Shown one piece after another: positions 1 to 12,225 of a stretch of 64,000 nt of DNA. Source of the stretch: Octopus vulgaris (lineage: Eukaryota); contig OX597822.1 of the NCBI GenBank assembly GCA_951406725.2, positions 17,484,001 to 17,548,000 of the forward strand. Direction: 5' to 3'. A model generated the notes under the pieces. The model was given only the letters and a program-made list of their open reading frames with translations. It ran no database searches and had not been told where the DNA came from. The position numbers were made by a program, and so were the translations under genes. Every line of letters begins with the position of its first letter. Position 1 is the stretch's first letter.

Positions 1-1060
1 CAATGTGTGTGTATGACAGAGTAGAAATGTATTGAGAGAAAAGTTAGGCATTAGAGGAATCAGAGAAAACTGCATTGATTTGGTCACTTGATGTGTATGG
101 ATGAGGAAAATTATATAAAAAATAAGTGTATGGATTGAACTCATTTGAGATGTAGACTCAGGAAGACAGGGGAGGAAGTACTGAAGGCTGATCTCCAGAT
201 GCTGAGCCTTACAAAGGAGATATCAAAGGACCTAATGATTGACATTTTGCTGTGCTCAAGAAAACCTGCCCTTTACAGCAAAAACAATATCCTAAATTCA
301 CTCAGTTGTGCTTGTGCATGTGAGGCACTGTCCCTCTGCCACTCTTCTTTCTTCTTGTCACAGCAAGTATTCTGACCCCTATTTTCATCCCACTCCATAC
401 ATAGTACTAAGCAGCTGCATCACCTAGCTGAAAGCAGTATCTCCCCACCCCAATCAGTCTCCAGCACCTGGAACTATTTCCATTCCTCATCATCTTCCCT
501 CTGCTATACTCCATTCTAAATATCTCTGTTATCTACTATCATTCTTAACACCTAGCCATATCCTACCTATTATATTCCATTATGTATCCCAATATCTCCC
601 TCTCCACTGCTCCTGTACCTTGCACGTCATTCTACTATTTTGGCTTCTACTCTTTTTCTTGTGCCATTTCTATATCACCTGCCTTACAGACTGGTATTTC
701 CCACCATCTGAACAATCAGCCTTGTTCATCACTTATACACTAACCTCTGTCTCTGTCCTCACACTTTTATGAAAGCATCCACTCTCTCTATCTCCTCCTA
801 TGATCAACCTTCCATCTCCTCTCTCATTCTTTGAGAGTTTGTTCTAGCATCCCATCACTGCCTTCCTCTTATTTCCTTCAGCCATATATCACATCAAGAG
901 CAAGACCCTCACCCCTCTATCATACTTTAGCCTTTCAATGCCTATCAAACTGCCACCTACTTCCACCCTTTCCCTTCCAAATACTTCTTCTTAGTAGTAG
1001 AAGCTTTTTCCTTTATTCTTTTTTCTCTATTCTTTCCTGTCTTGCAAGTTAAATGGCAGC
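1..1060 (+). mobile_element. Decayed RTE-clade LINE 3' fragment (C-terminal coding remnant ~1-260, then a pyrimidine-rich tract, probably 3'UTR)
   Basis: 1-260 aligns by eye with the RTE remnant at ~39960-40230 (LREKLGI..., FGHLM.MDE, RKT..EVLK.DL). The C/T-rich tract ends in CCTGTCTTGCAAGTTA, similar to CCTTGTCTTGCAAAGTTA at ~34665, which precedes an RTE-type tail. Confidence 0.6.
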
Positions 1061-1124
1061 TTCACTCAAGCTTGAGAGACACTAGTCTTCCCAAAGCCAA
1101 AATTGTAACTGTTGGGTATGTGTA

Positions 1125-1589
1125 TTTACTCTTTTACCTGTTTCAGTCATTTGATTGCAGCCATGCTGGAGCACCGCCTTTAGTCCAGCAAATCGATCCC
1201 AGGACTCATTCTTTGTAAGCCTAGTAGTACTTATTCTATCGGCCTCTTTTTGCCGAACTGCTAAATTACGGGGACTTAAACACACAAGCATCAGTTGTCA
1301 AGCAATGTTGGGGGGGGGGGAAACACAGACGCACAAACATATACACGCACAAACATACACACATACATACACACACACATATATATATACATATATATAT
1401 ACACACACACACATACACATATATATGATGGGCTTCTTTCCGTTTCCATCTACCAAATCCACTCAAAAGGCTTTGGCTGGCCCGAGGCTATAGTAGAAGA
1501 CACTTGCCCAAGGTGCCACGCAGTGGAACTGAACCTGGAACCATGTGGTTGGTAAGTAAGCTACTTACCACACAGCCACTCCTACGCCT
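1125..1589 (-). mobile_element. tRNA-derived SINE, family A, with internal (CA/TA)n microsatellite
   Basis: Minus strand starts AGGCGTAGGAGTGGCTGTGTGGTAAG (A-box-like), has a GGTTCAGTTCC B-box and a CCTTGGGCAAGT CORE-like motif, and ends GACTGAAACAGGTAAAAGAGTAAA. It is very similar to the copies at 37039 and 62022. Confidence 0.9.
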
Positions 1590-1939
1590 ATTTTACTTTA
1601 TAAGTTCATAACCACTCCCATCAAAACATGTGAGTAACAAAAACAAGTCCAGGGAACAATATAATTTACATGGAAATGAATTATAATCTAATGAAAATAA
1701 ATTGGTCATCAAATTAGACAATCAACTAAGTGAGGGTTTATGAGTTCCTAACCACGACAGTCATTTAGGTGTGTCTATCTTTAAACAGAACATTCAGTCA
1801 ATTAATTGAAAAGTTTAGGCACAAGATCCAATGCTTCCTAGTGTCATCCCACTGTGCATCTCCTTGGCTCAGTCCCTTCTACATTGGTCTTGCAAATGAA
1901 ATTTTAGACTAAAGCTGTTCAGAAAACTTCTATTTATTC

Positions 1940-2300
1940 TTTTATTCTTATTTGTTCCCATTATTAGAACGCAGTCATACTGGGATACTGCAGTGAAGGA
2001 TTTAGTCAATCAAATCAATCCAGTACTTATTCTTATTGGAGTCTTTTTGCCAAACTGCTAAGTTGCTGGGATGTAAAAAATAGAGCAACACTGGTTGTCA
2101 AGTGATGCGAGATGAAAACAATCACAAAAAAGATGTACATGTACCTAAACAATAGACTTCTGCAACGTTTCCATCAACTAAATTCACTCACCTTTGGTTT
2201 AGTCCAGGGCTGTAGTAGAAGAGATTTGCCCAAAATGCATAAAAAGTGGCTGAACCCAATATCCCATAGTTGTAAAACGAACTTAATCCTGCAGCCATGT
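1940..2300 (-). mobile_element. Old, diverged family-A-like SINE
   Basis: Degenerate matches to the 1125-1589 copy (AGTACTTATT, CTTTTTGCCAAACTGCTAAG, GGTTGTCAAG, TAGTAGAAGA..TTGCCCAA). Confidence 0.65.
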
Positions 2301-2947
2301 CAAATATGACAGTCCATGTCAGTTTCCCTGCCAAGAAACTTGATGCGGAAGGCCATCATACATATATATTGTAGGATTATATCAGTGTTGGAATGAACAA
2401 GACTGGTGCATTGAACAGAGATGCCTTGCAATAATTCATATTGAGTTATCTTTCATGACACCACGAAGGAAAACTTGCTTTTCATTTACCATGAATCAAT
2501 ATAATTAATATCAGGCAAAGTATTGAAGAAGATATAATTGGCTAAAAACTATTCAAAGCAGTATAGCAGCATGGTTGCAGTCCAATGATTGAGACCACTA
2601 AAATAATGATATATGTATAAATAAAATGATTTATTCAATTACATTTCTATTAAGTATTTTAGTAAAATTCTATTTATAGCAATTTCAGTCAAATCTGTGA
2701 TTTGAGTTATTGTTCAAACATTTGGAATTAGATAATGCTGAGTTAAGCATAATTAAATCTCACATTTATTTTCTAAAATTTATGTATTTACAGAGAAGTT
2801 AAGATGCAAGTACAATAAACAAGACTTTATGGGCGTGTATGTGTTTACACAGACACACACACCTCAGTTCAATTCCTCTGCTAAATCAATCAGGGAAGAC
2901 CTGTCAAAACATATATACAATATGAAGTACTCTCTCTCTCTCTCTCT

Positions 2948-2983
<36 letters not shown>

Positions 2984-5386
2984 CACACACACACACAGAG
3001 ATATGTGTATATACATAATATGAAAGAGAGTTCAAGAAATCATTAATCTTCACAAAAATAAAAAACTTGCAGATTAGATACACCTTCTCAATTGCAAATG
3101 TTTAATATTAGAAAAATCCTATTAATTCAACTTGTTAGATAAATAAACCTGACAGTTAGATGCACATTTTTATATTTATCAAAATGCAATGAAGTCACCA
3201 AATACAGATATACCTAGACACATTTCACAAACACATACACACACACATAAATTAAACATTTTTAACAGTTATTTTGCTAGGAAAATAGAAAATATAGAAA
3301 TGCAGCATAATACATAATTAGTAAGCATTAAAAACTAATGACATGTTTCCTTATTCTTATATTTGTTTTAAACTTTACTTAATCTGGCAACCCAATGTTT
3401 CTAAGTAAAATTTCTTAAGTGTTGCACTTGTTTATATACTTAACAATATGCATCTACAGACACTTTAAAATTCACATAATACATGCAACTTTTCAATTTA
3501 ACTTCAGTGAGCCATGTTATTTTGCATAAATGATGAGGCATAAGAACTTAATCCTATACCAGAATTGTGTTTTTCTTAACTTCTAAAATGTAGAATTTAC
3601 AAAACTGAATGGCATGAAGGTAAATTTCAATACATAATATATCTAATTATACTGTTAGTTATCATTTTGAAATTAAACATTTAAATAATTACAAATTCAT
3701 ATATTCTTTAGATGAATTTCTATGTAAGTGTTTATACCAGCTTAACCACAATGTCACCGGTAACAGTTCCAATTATTTCAAAATTAATTGCATTTAATTG
3801 ACTTATAATTATTTGTAAGGTAGTGAACATTTGTGAATATATTAGTCAGAAATGCAGTAAATATTACTCATTGTGCTCCACCTACACTAACTGGAAACTG
3901 GAAAGCAAACTTTCAGAATAGCTGTCCCTTATAAGCTTAAATTTCCCTGCTTTGTTGGGATTTTGTAGGTTTTGCTTTTTGCCTTTGTAATCCCAAAACA
4001 ATAGATGACTTGTAAAATACTTACTAGACAAAAGATAACCAAAGCTCAAAACTTACAAAATCTGACTAAAAATATCATACAACTGTGATTGACATTATAC
4101 AAGTCATCAGCAGCATCCTCCAAAACATCATCAATGTAGTAACTTTATCACATTTCTGCTACAACAATATACATGGTCATCTGTATGAAAAACTGCCAGG
4201 GAATAAATATGACTGATACTTCTGATGCTGAGTATATTGATAGCACACTCAATCAAGCTAATCTTTTTATTACTGAAGTCCTGAAGAAGGGTAGATACTA
4301 CTCATATTTCTCACTTTAACAAATGAAAAATTCAATATGTTAGTGTTTGTAAGCAATATAAATTTAAATTTGTCAGCAAAATTACAAAGTCCCTTAGATT
4401 GACTATAAATAATAACTTAATTCTTAGTTCTTAAACATCTCAAGTAATCATTCTTGACAAATATGCAATCTAGAAGATAATTACTACTTAATTAAACTGT
4501 TGCATGTTTCTGGTCAAGTGATTTGATTTAAGAACCTCAAACTAACTATATAAAAATCACTTTCAATGCTTTCTTAATTATGCTGAAAGTAAAAGAGATT
4601 TAACAATCAATTTTGCAAGTATTCTTCTTAAAACTAAGGTTGATGAATATGTGTTTTTTATAATACATATCTTTTGTATTTACTACCTGGATCATCATTA
4701 ACAATAACCTGTTTGCCATGAACAAAATTTCAAAGAGGTAAAATATTGGCACCCTATCTCCTTAAACCCTTGCACAAAGCACTTGCACATTTTTTAGATG
4801 AAAACAGTTTGATGGGTTTTTTTTTTTTAAATAATCTAATTAAATTTATTTAATACAGAATATCAAAAAGTTAATTATATAGAGAGCATCTTTTATGAAA
4901 GAACAGTGAAAATAAAACTAACAAACAAAAATACTTTATTTGTAAAGAAAACTATTTGCATAAAAGAACCCATAAAAGAAAAAAACGAGAAAAGATTTTG
5001 TTTTAAGTAGGAAGCAATAAAGTTATAAAAAAGTTAAAGGAAAGCTTCAATATAAGTAAAATAATCTATTAGATATTTTTTATATTCTAATACAAAACAA
5101 ATCTCTTTAGTATAATTTAGCCCAAAGATCATTTAAAATATACTTATATAATTAATAATAGTCAAGGAAAGAAAAACATTGTTTCCTACAAAACAGTGTC
5201 AACTTAGATCGCTATAAGAACTGAGAAATTTCTTAAACTAAAATAAGACAACCCCTTCTAAACAAATATGTCAGAATCAGTTAACAAAAATAAGGTTATA
5301 TGTGTGCGAGTGTATGACTGTGAATATCTATACACACATACAAACACACACACGTATATATACACAAACATATATATATATATATG

Positions 5387-5450
<64 letters not shown>

Positions 5451-5847
5451 TTTGATTTTCCTTTAATTTCTGAATTACTACTATTTAGCGGTTTGAGTAT
5501 GGCTGCTCTTTCTAGTGAGACGAATGGCTTACCAGGGTCATTCCTTTATATTGTTGAATTTATATATATATAGTCTGCAACTATTTTCTCTTTCTCACTG
5601 GACCGCTGGTGGCGAAAAACTTTCTATTGAATTTTTTGCTAGCCTTATATTGATTAATATATATATATATATATATATATACAAATACACACACATATAT
5701 ATATACATACACACACGTTTTTCAATCTGAGAGGTTGTAAACTCTGTCTTTCTTCAGCTTCTCCTTTTCTCTACCCCTTGACAAAGGATTGAGTTCGAAA
5801 CGGATATTCCACTCCTCACAGTAAGTTCACTGCACTCCTTTCACTTT

Positions 5848-5878
<31 letters not shown>

Positions 5879-7878
5879 GCACACACATACATATGTATAC
5901 ACAAACTTACATACATAACATGCACACACACCCACACACACACAAGGATCACAAAATTAAATGACACTGATATGATAAAGTACCAAACTATTTCAAGTTA
6001 CAAATGTTCTTAGAAAATAGTATCAGAATCTTTCTCCTATCATGGAATTTTAAGACAAAAGCATTTAATGAAGAAACCTTGCTATAAGACTCACTCGGAT
6101 AGTTTCTTTTAAACGCTTAAGTCAATTTTCAGAAAGTTAAATTAATACTTCAAGAGCAATTATTAACTTCTGGTAGCAGTATTAATTATTAAGTAAAATC
6201 TTTTACAGATATTTGTTTGTTTGTTTTTTAAACAAATAAATCCTAAAAACAAGCTAATAGGATTGGATACAAAAAATTGCTATTTGTAAGCTTGAAGAAA
6301 ATGTAATTGGGAAAAAATGAAACTAAAGATAAAATAAATACATTCCCCTTAAAAATATTGATATTACATTAAATTCTTTCAAGCACATTCTTGAATTAAT
6401 TTCATGTACTATCATTTCACAACCATCCATAACAGAAAATTTTAAAATACAAAAAGATCACCTTATTTTTTTGCCACTTGAAACAGACCTGCAATTTAGT
6501 AGGAATATTTTAACCATTTTCCATCAGCTAAGAAGGGGAAAAATGGCTCTTTCTTGTACATAACAGGATAAGAAATAGAATGAGTAGGATATGAAACGTT
6601 TAAGATGAATTTTTCTATGTAGCGAAGTGTGTAAAAGCTATCATAGTTTATAGCAGCACAAAACAAAAGAAAAAAAAAGATGAAAAAATAAAATAAAAAG
6701 GTTTATCAAAATATGCAAATATCACCTAAAAGTTGATATCCCATGAGATCAATTAAGAGGGATTATACATTCTATACTGCAAATTTGACCCCAAAAGTAA
6801 AACAGGGCAAATCAAGATTTTCAAGATAGATTATAGTTGTAACAGCAACAATTCATCTCAGAAATTCAGACATTCAAGCATAAATCAATTAAATTGTCAA
6901 ATGATGTAGCAACTCTTTGAACTTTTTAAACCTCTTTAAACTACAGCTACTTTACTATCACTTACTTAAGTCCCAGCTGTAGTCATTATGTCACCTTTGA
7001 CACTCAACTAACCTACTATCTAGCAAGCAATCCAATCAGTCGATAATCTTCAATTTAAGCCATCTCATGCTATTAGCTACTTCATCATATCTGGTACATT
7101 TAAAGTTCCAGCTAGTTAGTTTGCCAGAGTACCTACTTGTCTTTCTGAATACTGATTTGCTGCTCACCAAGCTAGCCCGTTCTCCTTACATTAATGATCT
7201 GATGACAATTTACATTATAATGTATTATTATAGCAACTAAAACACATTATTTCTCACCTCAACTTTATGATTGCAATAGAATTGGTCTATATAAAGTAGT
7301 TTAAAAGAACTCTTTCAAAGATATGTTTTTGTTTCCAGGAGAATCATATTCAGATAACTGGAATATATTTTTAATACCATCCCAATAAATCCCTTTTTCA
7401 AATTCTTATACATGACTATTTACAGGGTCAAACATAAAAAAATTCTTTAGTAAGTTGATAATAACAAGTACTCCTGTTCTTCATAGGAGTACAGTATTCA
7501 TGATTCGCACATTTTCTCTAGTTTCTGCAACTCATTTTAACATAGTAGCTTTGAATATTGATCTTTAAAAAAAATATCAAAAGAAGAAAATAAAATCTGT
7601 TCCTCTATCAATCTTGTTGATTCAATTATCATATCTTTAATTTATTTAAAGATTTTGAAGCTTATTTACAAGAAAAATGTTGCATTAAAATCTATAGAAA
7701 TTATTTGCAAGACTCTGACTATTAATCAGATGAATCCTAGTATTGATTTTCTTCATACAACCATGATAGATGCTTCTTAATAATTTGCACTTTTCTCTGT
7801 GGCCATCAATTTTATATGATTGAACTGATTAGGTTAATCTGCAATTTAGCATATATAAATACATATATATATATAAAT

Positions 7879-7935
7879 GGCGGTGCCCCAGCATGGCCAC
7901 AGCTAGTGAGCTGAAACTAGATAAATAAGATAAAA
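7879..7935 (+). mobile_element. 5'-truncated SINE/LINE tail inside a (TA)n tract
   Basis: GGCGGTGCCCCAGCATGGCCACAG...CTGAAAC matches the 3' end of family-A SINEs (37329-37370). Confidence 0.7.
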
Positions 7936-7965
7936 ATATATATATATATATATATAAAAATATAA

Positions 7966-8011
<46 letters not shown>

Positions 8012-8101
8012 TTATATATATAAATAAATACATATATATATACATATATAAATACATATATATACACATATATATATACATATACATACATACATACATG
8101 C

Positions 8102-8134
<33 letters not shown>

Positions 8135-8442
8135 TATATATACATACATATATATATACATACATATACATATACAGATATATACATATACATATATACA
8201 TATATATATATACACATATGTATATATACATACATATATATACATATACATACATATATACATATACATATATATATATACACACACACACATATATTAC
8301 ACATACATACATATAAATACACATATACATATAAACATATATATACATACACACATATATATATAAATATAAATACATATATATATATACACACACACAC
8401 ACATATATATATACATATATACATACTTATATACATGTATAC
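7936..8442. repeat. ~500-bp compound (TA)n/(TACA)n/(CA)n microsatellite
   Basis: Seen directly; it is the source of the Y/I/M-rich pseudo-ORFs at 7903-8485. Confidence 0.95.
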
Positions 8443-9473
8443 ATAAGATCTGAATAACTATTCCATACAAGTCTCCCAACATCAAATCATAGTATTTTTC
8501 ACCTAATTATATCATCTATTCCAATAACATTTTCATTCCAGCATAGTTGTCTTATATACATCAACTTTATTGCTCAATTGCTTCTTTAACTTGTAAGCAC
8601 TCAAACGCTTTGCTAAGTTAATATTTCAAACTTTTTGTGTTATATAATTCTTTTATGCATTGCAACTGTTTCTACTTTACATCTTAGAATAAAAATATGA
8701 ACTACTGAAGTTGGTAATCTAAAATATTGCAATGAGGTATCAAGAAGCATGTCAGAATATGCAATGTCTAGGTACGAAAATGTACAGTTTTCTAGAATAG
8801 TTTATTAGAACTTAAGACATTTCTATTCAAATCAACAGAATAATCAGTTGACTTGAGATGAAATAAGCACCACAGTTCTCTATTTCCAGGTTTTATCAAA
8901 GTGAAGCAGAATACAAAATATTATAATTCATTGTTATTAGGTCTTAAAAATCATAGACTAGAAATGCATCAACCCACAGAAATCCATATTCTTAGGTTCA
9001 TTTTCAGTAACTATTGATATAGTTAAGAAAAACATTTGGAAAACTATAATCATAATATGACAAAATGTTACAAATGCCACTTCGAATATTTAAATACTAT
9101 ATTGAATAAAACTACACAGCAAGAATGCATTTCAAAGCTATATCTAATTTGGCTTATACCATAAATGGTAATTTTTTATGAAATCTAAAAGCTCAATGAA
9201 CAATACTTTGAAAAACAAAGTGCTTCAACTTAGTAATTTCCCTTTCACAAAGTAATTTTAACCACAAAAGTAATGAATTTTTACAGAAATTGCATATCTA
9301 ACTGCCAAATGTTGAAGAAATGTTAACAGTAGTCAAGATATCTTAATTTAAACTGTAACAATGGGAAGCACTCCGCAAATATAATACATGTATTAATTGG
9401 AATGTTCATTCAATAAAAAAACTATTTTGTAGTCAATTTATTACAGAGGTGTAGTATTCAATAGCATTGTCTA

Positions 9474-9890
9474 TACTCTTAGTATTTAAACAGGCCATAT
9501 ATGGCCACAATGTTCTACCTGCTTTATTTTCAAACAGGGCAGATCCTGCCTCTTACACCTACTTGACAATGTCATTCTGAAAATAAACAATCACATCATT
9601 AAAATCTTGAAACTACAAGATAATCCTTTCTGCTACAAGCACAAGGCCTAAAATTTGGTGGGAAGGGTTAAGTCGATTACATCAACCCCCAGTACTCAAC
9701 TGGTACTTAATTTATTGACCCAGAAAGGATGAAAGGCAAAGTCAACCTCAGCAGAATTTGAACTCAGAACGTAGCGAAGGGCAAAATACTGCTAACTATT
9801 CCATCCAGGGAGCTAACAATTCTGCCAGTTCGCCACCTTTGGAACCGCGAGATAATGACAGATTGGTACAAAACAATGAGAATAAATAAG
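9474..9890 (-). mobile_element. Short non-autonomous element (same family as 43550-43752) interrupted by a SINE
   Basis: 9474-9624 is the diverged reverse complement of 43620-43750 (CCTCTTACACCTAC...ACAATGTCATT...AAAATAAACAAT...CATTAAAATCTT); the match resumes after 9850. Confidence 0.65.
9625..9838 (-). mobile_element. tRNA-derived SINE, family B (possible MetaSINE-like central domain)
   Basis: Minus strand has TGGCAGAATTGTTAG (A box), GAGTTCAAATTC (B box) and central GCCTTTCATCCTTTCTGGGTCAATAAATTAAGTACC. It is flanked by imperfect ~18-bp direct repeats. The Meta-domain label is from memory and unverified. Confidence 0.8.
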
Positions 9891-11009
9891 GTTAAACTCA
9901 AAATGATCAATGTAATTAAATATTGATATTTTAAATTTTGCTGAGTGATTGCAACTCAACAGATTTAATATGTAAACAATATGATGTAGGTCAGCTTTCA
10001 TAAAGTTTATTTTATTTTGAGGAAAAAATTAGAATGAGGCATTGAGGTATTCTACCAAGCATATTTGTGATGGAAGCAAATTGAAATGTGTCCCAGAAAT
10101 AAATCAGCTTATACCAAAACATTTTACCATATGAAATATATAAATTCTAAATTGGTTTCTATTTTTCACAGAAAATTTTAGAATGTAGATTCTAATATTT
10201 ATGAAAAGAATGTAAAAAATAGGGACAAGATGAAAGAAATTAGGAAATTCCACTATAAAATGGCAATAATAAAAATTAAATACCTTTGTTTAAAGCATTA
10301 ACTTAAATTTGACATTGGATAACAAGAAATAATATAAATATCATGAATTTAATATTATTTTAAGCTTCAGTTTTAAGTTGGCTATTGTATTGAAAATATG
10401 ATGTTATTAAATATTCATATAATGATTTGAAATTATACATAAATATTTTAATGATATTGGTAAAATAAATTCAATTTACATCAAAAGGTATTTTTAGTAA
10501 ATCAGCTACGATTCTATATTTAATATCACTTAATTCTACAATTTTTAGATTAATTGTATTTAGGGACTTCCTAAGTTGATTTTCTTTTTCACCTCCATAT
10601 CTTTAATTGAAAGTCTTTCACTCAAGACACTTGTATTTATATAGCCCTATATGCATTTTTTAGTAAACTACCTTCAAAATAGAAAATAATGCAGGTTCAC
10701 TTACAAAGGACAATATATACAAATTTAACTATCATAAATTGATCCTTATTGATAAGTTTTATATGCAGTGCGTTTCTTTAATAATGTTTTGTTTAAAGTA
10801 TTGTTTGTTTCTTTGTCTTAAATTTCAATAAATTATATAAATAATCTTTTGTGTGTAGCATGTAAAAACCAATATTGATGTACAATTAAGTGTTTATAAT
10901 AAATTGCTAATAGCTAATTTACAGCTAAAATTAGTGTAGATAACACAACAATAAAAGCTCTAATTCATAAGTATGCACTTTAATTTTATATTAAAAAATG
11001 TTCATTTTA

Positions 11010-12225
11010 TGAGGGAGTACCCAAAAGAAACTGGAATTTTGCAATATTATTTTATTCACTTAGTTTTATATGTTTACACTTTTATCACCTTCAAAGTGTT
11101 CTCCATTTTTCTTCGCCTCTTCCACATCTGCAAAAAGTTTTCCTTTAAGGACGTTTTTCATTTGGGGGTGCAAAAAAAGTTGTAAGGAGCAAGATCGGGT
11201 GTATAGGGTGAGTAAGCGAGGTCATGCCATTTTTGGCAAAAACTGTCTAACAGTTAAGACAGTGTACACAGGCGCATTGTCATGATGAAACCACCACTCC
11301 ACACTTTGCCACAAGTCAGGGCGTTTTCATCTCACTGTGTCTAGCAAACGCTTCAGAACTGTCAAATAAAATGTCTGGTTAGCAGTCTGACCATGTGGAA
11401 CAAATTCTGTGTGGACAATTTCAGTTGTCAATGAAACAAATCAGTATTGCCTTGACATTGGACTTTACATGATGTGCATTTTTGGGGCATGGTGACACTG
11501 AATGCTTCCATTGACTTGGTTGCTACTTCGTTTCCTGGTCGTAACCATAACACCAGCTTTTGTTATCAGTGATGACCTTCCAAAAAAAGGTTTGAATCAA
11601 CTTCCAACTGTTCTTTCAGATCACAATGCACATACAGTCGTGACTGTTTTTGATCTTCCATGAGCAAGCGAGGCTCAAATTTTGCTGCAACTCATTTCAT
11701 TCACAATTCCTCACTCAAAATTCATTGGCAGGAGTTCCAGGCTACACCAGTCATATGAACAAGTTAATCAATTGTTCAGCGACAATCCTTGAAAATCAGT
11801 TCATGAATTTTTGTGATGTTTTCATTCATTCGGGTGGTCGACAATCACCTGATCAAGGTTGGTCTTCAAGTAACAAGTGACCATTCCTAAAGCTTGAAAA
11901 CCACTTATAAACTTGTGTTTTACTTGTGGCAGCATCCTTGTAAGCTGTTTGAAGCATGACAACTGTTTTGGCTACCGTTTTCCCCAGCAGAAAACAATTT
12001 CATAGAAGTATGCTGTTCCTTCATTTTAGCCATTGCAAAAATTGATGACAAAAGGGAGAAATAATGCAAAATAATGATGTACTATGTGGCAGAATGACTT
12101 GACTTGACACTGCTGGTTAGCGGACTGATGCATGAGGGTCACATCAAGTGGTTACTAGCAGTGGAAGCCTGAACTACAACAAGCTTGTCGGATAGAGCTT
12201 CCAGTTACTTTTGGGTACCCTCTCA
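11010..12225 (-). mobile_element. Full-length-bounded but decayed mariner (DD34D-type, irritans-like) DNA transposon
   Basis: 27-bp TIRs TGAGGGAGTACCCAAAAGAAACTGGAA / rc TGAGAGGGTACCCAAAAGTAACTGGAA, flanked by TA (11008-11009, 12226-12227). Minus-strand remnants AAKFEPR, VITDNKSWCYGYDQETK*Q, WFHHDNAP and YTPDLAP, with stops and frameshifts. Confidence 0.9.

Noticed and set aside
4100-4145. Minus-strand YIDDV resembling an RT catalytic motif
   Set aside because: No supporting RT motifs nearby.
7903-8485. Long Y/I/M/C-rich ORFs on both strands (also at 5268, 23519, 32579, 47061)
   Set aside because: Translations of microsatellites.
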